Positions 54,251-64,000 of a stretch of DNA of 64,000 nucleotides are shown here, piece after piece. Below the pieces are notes generated by a model, which did not search any database, was not told where the DNA came from, and saw only the letters and a list, made by a program, of their open reading frames with translations. Position numbers and translations under genes: made by a program. Where the stretch lies: assembly GCA_030141605.1 (NCBI GenBank), contig JAQGDQ010000005.1, positions 1-64,000 on the forward strand, given 5' to 3'. Source of the DNA: Tubiluchus corallicola. Taxonomy: Eukaryota; Animalia; Priapulida. Position 1 is the first letter of the stretch; each line of letters opens with the position of its first letter.

Positions 54251-54714
54251 TCACATCAATTAAGGTTTTTAATTTCGATTCGAAAAATATTGTCATTGCT
54301 ACAATTTCAAGTTGTTTTATCGAGATTAAAAAACTTGTTTTTTGTCAGAGGAAGTGCACCACCTTTGGAATTTGATTTGGATTGGATATAACATTTGAAT
54401 TAAAGTACACAATGCAGAAAATGGAAACACGGAGGTTGTACGAACTAAGCGGGTTTTCGTCTATCTTGGGGTTTACATTACTGCTCCTTTGCAGAATTTT
54501 TTATGTGACGTTGGTGTTCTGTTAGCCACTAGGCAGGGCATTTTAACATTGTCTTAAAACAGGAACATATCTTAGTTTATTATCAAGATAACCCTCAGAG
54601 TAATATGTTTGTTTAAGAGGCAGAGGTGTTTGAGTCACATTCGAATTCATATGTATACCCTTCGTGACTGAATGAAATACTTCGGCTTTGCAGCGAAAGA
54701 AACTGCCAAGGAGT

Positions 54715-54795
54715 GATTACTAAGTGATCACCCAACCACATCAGTTGCCAGGCTGAACGTTGATTAACTATGGCAGTCAAATATAGACTGTGACC
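54715..54795 (-). pseudogene. Degenerate 5S rRNA-derived sequence (5S pseudogene or SINE3 head)
   Basis: - strand AGTTAATCAACGT..GCCTGG...TGGTTGGGTGATCAC resembles 5S AGTTAAGCAACGT..GCCCGG...TGGATGGGTGACCGC (box A to box C region) in the same order and similar spacing. Confidence 0.5.
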
Positions 54796-55142
54796 ACTCA
54801 GATACTCCCAGCCTCAAGATGAACAAATATGCAACGTTTACCCAGCAAAATTCGTATCCTTAGTTTTACCACTCCTTTTCTTCAGTGGTGCACACTGCCA
54901 GTTCCAGGTTGTAACAATAGAGCTAAAGTTATTTCAACTTTGGACGGTCATAACACTTAACAACAGCAGTGATAGCAACAATAACAAGATAATTAATTTT
55001 AGGGCTGTTAATGGCTAATTTGCACAAGTACCTAGCATTCAGTGCACGTATAAGATTTGCAAAGATCAATGTGGTTCGCCATCTAATTTGTTACGACGCT
55101 AGAAATTTATTTTCTTGCCTTAACGAGTTCACAAACTTTTTG

Positions 55143-56844
55143 TATCATCATATTAATCATTATTAGCAATTAGGATAAACTAAAATGAATTACATGTATC
55201 ATTATACTTTCTACTGCGTTACATGTAATTCTCATGCGTTACTGCGCTTTGAGAATGGTTTAGTTACATTTTTTGTGAATTTTACTTTCTATTTGATTTA
55301 ATTTGATTTGATTTAGCTCTTTATTTCAAACCAAACGGCAGTAATACAGAGATCGTTGATTAATTATATCAAGGTCATCCTTATTATCACTTGAAATACT
55401 GTGTCACAAGTAGTTTTCTGCATTACAGTTCTTCAAATAATTATTTTTAAGTTTAATTTTACCGTAAACAAAAGCTTGCATTTCCTTTGAACTGACAGAC
55501 ATTACTTTGTTTTTTCTACATTTATCTTTATATCGAAATTTTCAGCATAGACATCAAATAGGCGCTGAAATGCTGTAATAGTTGTCGTAATAAACATACG
55601 TCTTCTGCGTACATTAAATGATTCATAATGATTGTGCTTAAATACTTTTTATATCATCATATTAATCATAACTAGCAATTAGGATAAACTAAAATGAATT
55701 ACATGTATCATTATACTTTCTACTGCGTTACATGTAATTCTCATGCGTTACTGCGCTTTGAGAATGGTTTAGTTACATTTTTTGTGAATTTTACTTTCTA
55801 TTTGATTTAATTTGATTTGATTTAGCTCTTTATTTCAAACCAAAGGTTCATAGTATAAAACATTTACATATTTACAACAAGAAACAAAAACACACACACA
55901 CACATTAACACACTAAATTAATACACGGAGATGTATACAACAATTACACAGTTAATAGTAAGTTCCATCAATGGCGTCTGATATGCGACGTAAATTTTGC
56001 ATCACTATGAAGTAAACTTTGACATTTAGCGTTAGTATTACCTAGTCATTAAACTAAACAGTATGCCTGACTGCTGAAAGACAAAACAAAATCATAAGAA
56101 TAGAAAAGGAAAACTTTGATGGTTTTTGGTTGAATAAATCAGGCGGTATAGTGTAATCGATACCGCGTCTTCTTTTCGTCTTGGAGGTCGTGAGATCGGT
56201 AAAGCAGTCGGGTCATAGCTAAAAGTTAACACTGGTCGGTTTTAATGAGACCTTATACCACTTCTGTGATTTCTGTGAAGTTCAATATCTTATAGATAAC
56301 ATCAAAATAAGTTACATCAAACTGTATACTAAGAGACCGAGCACTGTAATCATATTCATAATTAAAAAGTTACGTTTTGAAATATTGTGAGCAACCTTGA
56401 GTTTTCTGATGTTGTGTAAATTAAAATGCCCCCAAGTGGCCATCCATAAAAGCTATTGCAATATGCATTAAATAAACAAATTTTTACATTAACTGAGCAA
56501 TTTCCAAATTTTCTGATAAGCTGATTACACGGCAGTAATACAGAGATCGTTGATTAATTATATCAAGGTCATCGTTATTATCACTTGAAATAACGTGTCA
56601 CAAGTAGTTTTCTGCATTACAGTTCTTCATATAATTATTTTAAGTTTAATTTTACCGTAAACAAAAGCTTGCATTTCCTTTGAACTGACAGACATTAATT
56701 TGTTTTTTTTTCTATATTTATCTTTATATCGAAAATTTCAGCATAGACATCAAATAGGCGCTGAAGTGCTGTAATAGTTGTCGTAATAAACAGTGGTCTT
56801 CCGCGAACATTAAATGATTCATAATGATTGTGCTTAAATACTTT
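55143..56844. repeat. Local tandem duplication, A-B-A-C-B
   Basis: A: 55143-55335 = 55652-55844; B: 55336-55648 = 56530-56844; both near-identical by eye. Confidence 0.95.
56142..56240 (+). mobile_element. Possible decayed tRNA-derived SINE (Meta-domain-like)
   Basis: GGCGGTATAGTGTAATCG (A-box-like), GGAGGTCGTGAGATCG, then GTCGGGTCATAGCTAAAAG resembling the MetaSINE core start GGTCGGGTCATACCAAAG. Confidence 0.3.
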
Positions 56845-56866
56845 GCACAATAATCACTGTTACTGG

Positions 56867-57514
56867 CATAGGCGTACGTGAGGAAGTTTCATCAAGGGGC
56901 AGAAGGAATTTGCCCTGGAAAATGTTCTAATTTGCTCTAGTTTATATCATTTCCAAATGTAAGTGCAAACAGCGGGGTACATACTTATATGGGATATAGA
57001 CAAAAGTGTTTAAAATAAAACATTTATAGGTGTCTCAGCTCCATATTTAAATGAAAAGAGACGCTCAACTATTGAAACCCATTCGCAACCCCCGACGTGC
57101 ATCGCCAAGATGGAAGTTTTTTAAAACAAAATTTAAGCAAAATAAAATCTTTTCCGAATGATACCGCATATTATTATATGCTTGTCGTGAACGCTAACAT
57201 GCGTAAATTTAATGTTAAAATAAAGACAGTGAAAAGCTTTTTGCAAAAGTAAAATTTACGAATATTTTCATTTTTCAAGCAGAAATCAGCAGTTAATAAG
57301 AAAAAGGAAATTGTAAGTTTACTTTTACATGCGTTAAAGACCATGAGTTTAACAATTTTATTTTTGTACATTTTAAGCATTTTTTAAACAATTAATATAA
57401 AATTTGGTAATTTTACTATACAATTACTTGGCCTAAAAATAAACAGAAAATGTAAAATTTCTTTGTTCTAGGAGGGCAACTAGCCCCCTGAACCTGCCGA
57501 TTCGTACGCCTATG
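56867..57514. mobile_element. 648-bp MITE with 12-bp TIRs (possibly hAT-like)
   Basis: CATAGGCGTACG ... CGTACGCCTATG perfect inverted termini; subterminal GGGGCA/GCCCC motifs; putative 8-bp TSD decayed (GTTACTGG / TTTACTCA). Confidence 0.65.
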
Positions 57515-58636
57515 TTTACTCATAGGACTTTTAGTATAAAAAACATGTTACTCTGCATAATACCATTTTACTACTTTTGCGACTAATGTGGTCAATGTGC
57601 AAATGTTATGAGCAACTTATGGATTAACTTAGTTTGTCCAAGCCTCGCCCTTGATTACGCGTAACTTCGATTTTTGGTCAATAAACTGCTTACTTCTTTG
57701 TGGGTTCGCTGTAAGTGCTTCCAGCTTGGTTGAAGTAAGAACGTCCTCAACAAGCATGCAGCAATGGATGCATGCCCTTTACGTATTATTTTAGTACTAT
57801 ACAGTGTGATGCTTGTATTGAATGAATGGAAGTTGAAGCGACACTGGTTTAGTGGTTTTGATTTCAAGTTTGGTCAAACTTAACATCGAGAATGTTCCCC
57901 AACAAGCAGCCAGCAAGATAGCCACAACTCTATAAGCTTCAACATTTATTGGACACCATATCAGTGAAACCCTTTTAAGAGAGGAATCGCCTAAAATATC
58001 TTATTATTTTATCAAAACACAAAATGTACTTACAATACCCAGGTCTTACACAGGTAAAAAATTTACAAATGAATACTTGTGCGTGATATTAGCTTCGCAG
58101 CGTATTTTATAAACGTCGCCAGATTCTGAGACTATTTCTCGGACCCCGAAAATATTTCTGAGACCATATACGGAAATTGTCTTGAAATGGTTATATATTT
58201 GCCCTTATTTCAATTTGTGATATCTCCCTAGGGTGAACTTATTAATAACAGGTACACAACAAGAACGTCGCTTGCGTGCTTATTATGAAATAAGACGTAG
58301 CCTATAAAACCGCGGGTGTATAATCTGAGAAGCTATCACATACATACATAAAAGATTTTTACTGCTCTGTGTGGATACTAAATTTACTTAGCACTTAATA
58401 GGCTAATTCAGGAATAACATTTGTTTCCTAGGGTGGTGCCAGGTGCATTGAATCTCATTCGGGTAACGGCGAGGTCCGAATACACTTTATGTAAATCCAT
58501 TGCAAATTTTAATCAAGGTAAATCAGCCAGCGTAAATCACGCTATTTATTATACAAAAAATCATGGGATGCATTAATTTTACCATAGTTAAAAACCGTAT
58601 TCTATAGTCCTTATTGTTTTGGTTATTTTTAGTTCT

Positions 58637-58966
58637 ATAAAAAAGAAACAACTTTTATTAAAAGTTTCAAGATGTAAAATATTAAAAACGTCACATACGT
58701 TTCAACTGCAAGTTACAGTCATCTTCAGTGTGAGATTATATAAACAACAACCAATTTTATAGATAGAACCTAGAGTACAGAAATTCACTAATTATGTACA
58801 GAAAGTCAAAGATGTAATGAATTAAGAGACCTGTAGAAAAGAAGATTATATAGTAAAAGTATAGCTAGATGTTTGTAAACAAAGGTAAGGGAATTCAACT
58901 ACTTTGCATATTAAGAGAAGACTTGTTAGGGTACAGAGATAAACTTTCTTTTATTAATAAATCCAT
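58637..58966 (-). mobile_element. Penelope-like retroelement 3' fragment
   Basis: - strand DLLIKESLSLYPNKSSLNMQSS*IPLPLF resembles the end of the Penelope GIY-YIG domain, followed by a hammerhead motif and AATAAA; flanked by a 14-bp direct repeat TTATTTTTAGTTCT (58623-58636, 58967-58980). Confidence 0.75.
58691..58733 (-). ncRNA. Minimal type I hammerhead ribozyme (Penelope-associated)
   Basis: UCACA-CUGAAGA-U-GACUGUA-ACU-UGCAGUU-GAAACGUA-UGUGA: stem I UCACA/UGUGA, CUGANGA and GAAA cores, 7-bp stem II (with G-U pairs), palindromic ACGU stem III, GUA cleavage triplet. Confidence 0.75.
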
Positions 58967-59742
58967 TTATTTTTAGTTCTTATTTTTGCTTTGATCAGGG
59001 ACAATAATTAATTATTATAATATGATACGAATCGCATTCAATTCCAAGCTGATGTGCTCCGAGTCTGTATGTGCGCTGCATGAATTAGATCGGATGTGCT
59101 TTCAGCCTCGATGATCTCCGCGAATTTTGTGAATGCTATGCAAATAACTAACGACAATGCAACGACAAATCTCAATTACAAAAACTTATTGTTCGTAATG
59201 TGAATGTACTAAGCGACAAACATTTGGCAGAATTCAAAATTACAACGAACCGAGTAAGTCCAAACAGCGTCTTAAATTTTTACAATATAGAAATAGTGTC
59301 CTAAATTGTAAACAAATTCTATATAAGTTATATGTACAATAACCACAATTAGTTCTAGCACAATAATGAGTAATGTGAACTAATTACCATTAAAGCCGCA
59401 GCTCGTTTATTTTATTAAAGAGCTTTGATTATGCTAAACAGAATGTGGCATCTGCATCCTGTTTTATAGATCTGCAGTACTTTATCTTACTTCAGTACAC
59501 TATAGAATATAACTGAGGTCATAACTAAGCATAATTATGGGAGTCTGGTACTACTGTTATTAGTTTTTTTATAACTTACTTTATAGTCCTATTAATAGTT
59601 TTTGTTCTAAGCCAACATTTAAAACGAAGCATCACTAGTATCTGTCTTACATTCTCGGATGCCGTTTGCAAATTTTAGAATGTACATTGTATAATATATA
59701 TATATATATTATATAATATATATAAATTTAAGTTACTGTTGG

Positions 59743-60039
59743 CTAAAATTCTGTTATTACGTGGTCTTCGATCGCAGAAGTTTTAGCTTTTGCTTCTGAT
59801 CCTGCTGAACTGGTGGAATTAATCTGAGAATCCTTTTTATCTTCTGCCTTATTATTTACAGGTGCTGGTGTTTCGACATGATGAGTCTTAGCACTGACGT
59901 CTTCAATACCTGCTTCTTCTACAGTTGCTGTGTTGCTTTTCATTCTGTCTCGAGCACGTATGAAGAGCACGACATAAGCAATCACGTGGAAGAAGAACAT
60001 CAGCACCGCCATCAGACCCATGTTTCGAGCAAAATTTTC
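59743..60039 (-). CDS. white-like ABCG transporter last exon (TM6 plus extended tail)
   Basis: CAG acceptor; ENFARNMGLMAVLMFFFHVIAYVVLFIRARDR (cf. white FRVLAYLALRLRARR), then a polar tail ending ITEF*. Confidence 0.9.
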   Translation of the reverse strand, partial: ENFARNMGLMAVLMFFFHVIAYVVLFIRARDRMKSNTATVEEAGIEDVSAKTHHVETPAPVNNKAEDKKDSQINSTSSAGSEAKAKTSAIEDHVITEF

Positions 60040-60399
60040 CTGTTTGAAAAAAATTATAAATGAGTACCGATTTGATCATAAAAGCTTCATGTTAACACTG
60101 TTTTAGTTGCTGCAATGCTGGTTATTGTGCCACATCGCTAAGCGGTCTCAAAAACTCAATTAGGATATGTTAAACGTTAAATGTTTGTCGACAACTTATT
60201 CTGAGATCGTGATAAAATTAATTTACTTTATCCATAGTCAAACGTAATAATCTAGTACATAAATTATAGATTTTAGATATTGAACTGTGATTTTATAGCT
60301 ATTGAAGTCAGAATTAATAAACAGGCTATTTACGTATAATCAGCAATGGATCTAATAGCTAATTACTTAAGAAATAAAAGAGGTGAAAAATTAATAGTT

Positions 60400-60463
60400 A
60401 ACAAAGATTCGAACCCTGAACCTTGAAATATCTGGTCGCACGCTTTACCATTTGAACTACTAA
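60400..60463 (-). mobile_element. tRNA-derived SINE head in the last ABCG intron
   Basis: - strand TAGTTCAAATGGTAAAGCG (A box) ... GGTTCGAATC (B box); no convincing cloverleaf acceptor stem, so not called a tRNA gene. Confidence 0.5.
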
Positions 60464-60811
60464 CTGATAATAAAGCGGGTCTAAATTTTTGCACTAGTAG
60501 TGCCTAGCCAAATTGAGCCACCTATCCACAGTAGGAGGAGACTATTTAATCAATGTAACCCAGTTAATCAATGTTAGGAATATTATTGTACGTAAAGCCT
60601 TAGGTTTATTTGCTCTAGCTTATCACGGCTCATTATCTAAAAACCTTTCACCGTGTTAAGGCCAGTTACACTGATTTGATTACACTGATTAGTTAACGCA
60701 TAAACTAAACATGAAAAAAATGCGGATGAACGAAACCATATTACGCCTCATTATAAATAGAAGCTTACTGATAGAAAACGACAAACTTGTTTAAAGACGC
60801 ATTGCGTATAC

Positions 60812-60882
60812 CTCTTTGAAGTTATAGCTATCCAACACATCCGTGCCGTTTTTGTAATGGTGTAACTCACCATCTGATGCAC
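60812..60882 (-). CDS. white-like ABCG transporter exon (extracellular loop)
   Basis: GASDGELHHYKNGTDVLDSYNFKE (ABCG G..VL....F); TAG acceptor, GTATAC donor, phases 1/0 consistent. Confidence 0.85.
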
Positions 60883-61315
60883 CTAATAAAAAATGAAGAC
60901 ATGAATGAATGATAGAATCCTATCAAGGATATTTTTGCTTATTGTAAAGAAAGTTAAAAAAACAGTTTTATTTCCACAATTTCGTCTCGCGACGGAGGAA
61001 AGACGAAACGTTTGTTATTGATAGGAAATGCCACTACTTCGAACATATGCTTAGCGTAGCCGAACTTCTGTGTAGTTATCTGTAGGAGAGTCATGATGTA
61101 ATAAATAGGGCATTTTTTATGTTATTGCTATTGTGTATATATACTACATTGAAACAACTTAAACAAGGCACACGTACATTGCTATGTTACTATTATGTTA
61201 TACCAGCACCTCTACTAGGCCTGCATGCAAAGATGAAAGATTTCTCAGCTCTTATAACAAAAGCAAGTAAAAACCATTTCTACCTGTTCAAGCCATTAAC
61301 AATATATTACTAAAT

Positions 61316-61540
61316 ATTGTATTGTATTGTATTGTATTGTTTGTATTATATTATATTATATTATATTATATTATATTATATTATATTATATTATATTATA
61401 TTATATTATATTATATTATATTATATTATATTATATTATATTATATTATATTATATTATATTATATTATATTATATTATATTATATTATATTATATTATA
61501 TTATATTATATTATATTATATTATATTATATTATATTATA
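61316..61540. repeat. (TATAT)n pentanucleotide microsatellite preceded by (TATTG)n
   Basis: Direct reading; source of the YYIIL ORFs. Confidence 0.97.
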
Positions 61541-61555
61541 ATAGTACGTCTCTAC

Positions 61556-61656
61556 CAATGTTTACAACGTCTTTCCATTGATTAATCCATACACACTCAA
61601 TACCATATCTTAGCCAGGATATCCACTGAAGCCAGCTGATGTAAATTGGTATTGTG
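61556..61656 (-). CDS. white-like ABCG transporter exon
   Basis: DTIPIYISWLQWISWLRYGIECVWINQWKDVVNIG vs white [26 protein letters not shown]. Confidence 0.92.
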
Positions 61657-62163
61657 CTAAAAATGAAACAGTTGTATGTATGGGGTTATATTAATAATGA
61701 CGAATACAGAAAACAAAGATTTTGTGTCACGAGGTAGCTCATCTACGAGCTACCTTGTGAAGCTTACAAAAATGTCTTTTCTGTAACATTTGAAGTCATG
61801 TATATCAAAATTTAGTTTTATACACCACATTAACCCAAGGTATCTTTGTGATGGTATCATTACCCTAGCACAAAGCTTTTTGATATGCAAATATACTTAA
61901 TTACATTTGACGTTAATCAAAATTTTTATAAATACCTAAAACTAGTAACATTCTCCGTCTAGTATTACGTTCATGAAGTGCAAGATCACAATCAACTGAA
62001 TTTAATTTTTCTAAATCCAAACATTCTACTTTTTCACTAGAGGATTGCAATCATTTTAGATAATTGCTTACAGATCCTTCCGCGTGGCTATAAATTATAT
62101 GCTGCACAATACGCTACCAATGTAATAAACATAGCTGCACAGTGTGCATTTAATAACAACGTA

Positions 62164-62166
<3 letters not shown>

Positions 62167-62228
<62 letters not shown>

Positions 62229-62235
62229 GATAATA

Positions 62236-62290
<55 letters not shown>
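62167..62290. repeat. Back-to-back (TAA)n and (ATT)n tracts
   Basis: Direct reading. Confidence 0.95.
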
Positions 62291-62339
62291 ACAATAATAA
62301 TACATTATAGTAATTATTATGATTAAAGATTATACATAC

Positions 62340-62445
62340 TCAACATTCATGAAAAACCCAGACAGCATGACCAGAGGTAGATTTAAAGGTGCAAACACTG
62401 CAGTGGCAATAGTTTGGTTCGGGGCTGCACAGCCAACCATGAAAC
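62340..62445 (-). CDS. white-like ABCG transporter exon
   Basis: GFMVGCAAPNQTIATAVFAPLNLPLVMLSGFFMNV (ABCG ...P..L.SGFF.N motif); GTATGT donor. Confidence 0.92.
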
Positions 62446-62740
62446 CTTTTTGAAAAAATGTAAGATTATTACGTAATGTACTTATACTTAAATCGTGTTC
62501 TTATATTTAAGATCACTTGCTCATTATTGCATAAACATTGCAGAAATTACATCTTGAGTACAAAATAAAATCACAAATTATTATTTTTTGTCTATTTATG
62601 TAGGAATGAATACAAGTAGTTGTAAGGGATATGTTTCCAGTTCTGGATCTAAACTACCTGTACACAACTACAAACATTATAAATTAGTGTGAAACGATTA
62701 ATATTAGGTATTAAGTTAGCAGCTTTGGAAATTAGCATAC

Positions 62741-62818
62741 CACATGCCAGCGATGTTTGAGCGATCATTCCATAAATTAGTAGAGCCCAGAAGAACTTCA
62801 CTGCTTCTCGTTCAAGAC
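62741..62818 (-). CDS. white-like ABCG transporter exon
   Basis: GLEREAVKFFWALLIYGMIAQTSLACG; AAG acceptor, GTATGC donor, phases 1/1. Confidence 0.9.
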
Positions 62819-63187
62819 CTTAAATTGAGATTCATATTATAACTACATAGTGTTTTTTTTTATCTTGCTGAATACTTAGTTCACAATAAGTCATCATGTT
62901 ACAAAAACTGCTACACGTATAAAAGCAGAAAAAGCTGGTAAGTTTAAAACTGTATTTAAAAAAAACGAAGGTAGAAGAAGTCTTACTTCCTTACTGGTCA
63001 TTTTTGTATTGTTTTAATGATGCGTATCTACTTGTGGATATTGTTATAACTTGTTGTAGTATTTTTTGTGCATGTATATTTTTCCTTAATTGCGACTGAT
63101 TTTTTTTGTACAGTGATTTACCGGACTATTCATAACATCTTTCTGGTCGATGCTTACTTGAAACACTTTTAATGTTTGGTTACCTAC

Positions 63188-63338
63188 CCGTCATCCAGTA
63201 GGTAATACTAACGTAGAGTATTACTTCAACCACCAAATACAGAGCTTGTACAATAGTTTTTGTTGCATAAAACACGGTAGATCTCAACATCCCAGACTCA
63301 TACTCACGAAAAAATAAGTCTGCAGCAACGGGAAGGGC
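63188..63338 (-). CDS. white-like ABCG transporter exon
   Basis: ALPVAADLFFREYESGMLRSTVFYATKTIVQ...ITYWMTG, the ABCG F.RE..SG.Y....Y..K motif; phases 0/1 consistent. Confidence 0.92.
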
Positions 63339-63642
63339 CTGAAAATGTGCACAACAATATAAAGGAACTTGTGATTAGTCGTATCATATTTTTTTTGAAA
63401 AAGAATTAATTCTAAAAAATATCAGTCTGAGTTGCAGGCAGCACTTCCTTATCACTAAGCTAGTAGTACTTGCCTCACTGCTTTGGATAAAAAGACTCAA
63501 TATATATAGTTTCTTTTTGGTTAAAATTTTACATTAGCAACAGTAGTGAATAAAACAGCCACAATCAATAACAATAATATTTTTGCATCATTATTGTGTA
63601 AAGCATAAATGCACATTATACTGAATACATTACGCAACTTAC

Positions 63643-63774
63643 TGGAAGAACTTGAAATGCTGTAGTAAATGTCATCTCTGCACCAATATTAAACATCGCA
63701 CCATTCAAATTCATAACTCCTTTCTGATCAAGACTTTGATTGAGAAATATCAAACCAATTACAAGAGAAAGTAC
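63643..63774 (-). CDS. white-like ABCG half-transporter, first visible exon (TM1-TM2); gene continues beyond window end
   Basis: VLSLVIGLIFLNQSLDQKGVMNLNGAMF vs white LIGLIFLGQQLTQVGVMNINGAIF; TAG acceptor, GTAAGT donor. Confidence 0.92.
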
Positions 63775-64000
63775 CTACACAAAATCATAAAGCATTTAAT
63801 AATGATTAATAACTATATAACCTCTTTGTAGGACAAAATCAATTTCTCAGCATGCAGGTTTGTCTTTTTAGAGTCTTATAGGTTTATAGGTTTATCTGGG
63901 TCTTGCAAGCCTACAAAGAATAGAGATGGCTATAAGAGAAACCGCACGAAACAGTTTTGACAATAGGTACATGTTAATGTTTGGAAGCACAAAATGAGAT

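Noticed and set aside
60400-60463. Functional tRNA gene
   Set aside because: A and B boxes are present but I could not form the acceptor and anticodon stems; kept only as a SINE head.
1-64000. CRISPR array, operon or other prokaryotic system
   Set aside because: No regularly spaced repeat-spacer array, low coding density and spliceosomal introns; the sequence is eukaryotic.

Overview
AT-rich, intron-containing animal (probably invertebrate) genomic DNA, not prokaryotic. Three spliced protein-coding genes are well supported by in-frame GT-AG exon chains and recognisable motifs: (1) PRDM8 (PR/SET domain plus zinc fingers), + strand, 3 coding exons, 28665-32476; (2) SCNM1 (minor-spliceosome zinc-finger protein), - strand, 6 exons, 46157-52894; (3) the 3' half (membrane domain) of a white-like ABCG half-transporter, - strand, 7 exons, 59743-63774, continuing beyond the window. 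A fourth, weaker spliced gene candidate (17128-20071, - strand) carries an apparent 1-nt frameshift and has a faint FGF/beta-trefoil-like motif order. The remainder is microsatellites and many small transposon derivatives: an internally deleted Academ fossil with TIRs, a Mutator/foldback-like element with a CT-microsatellite core, a pogo/Tc1-type MITE, a TGT...ACA (Ginger-like) MITE just upstream of the SCNM1 ATG, a Harbinger-like micro-MITE, CR1-like LINE remnants, 5S- and tRNA-derived SINE heads, a local tandem duplication, and a Penelope-like 3' fragment carrying an intact-looking minimal hammerhead ribozyme. Most ORF-track entries are low-complexity or chance ORFs. All family assignments come from motif recall, not database searches. 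I found no clear-cut novel multi-gene system.
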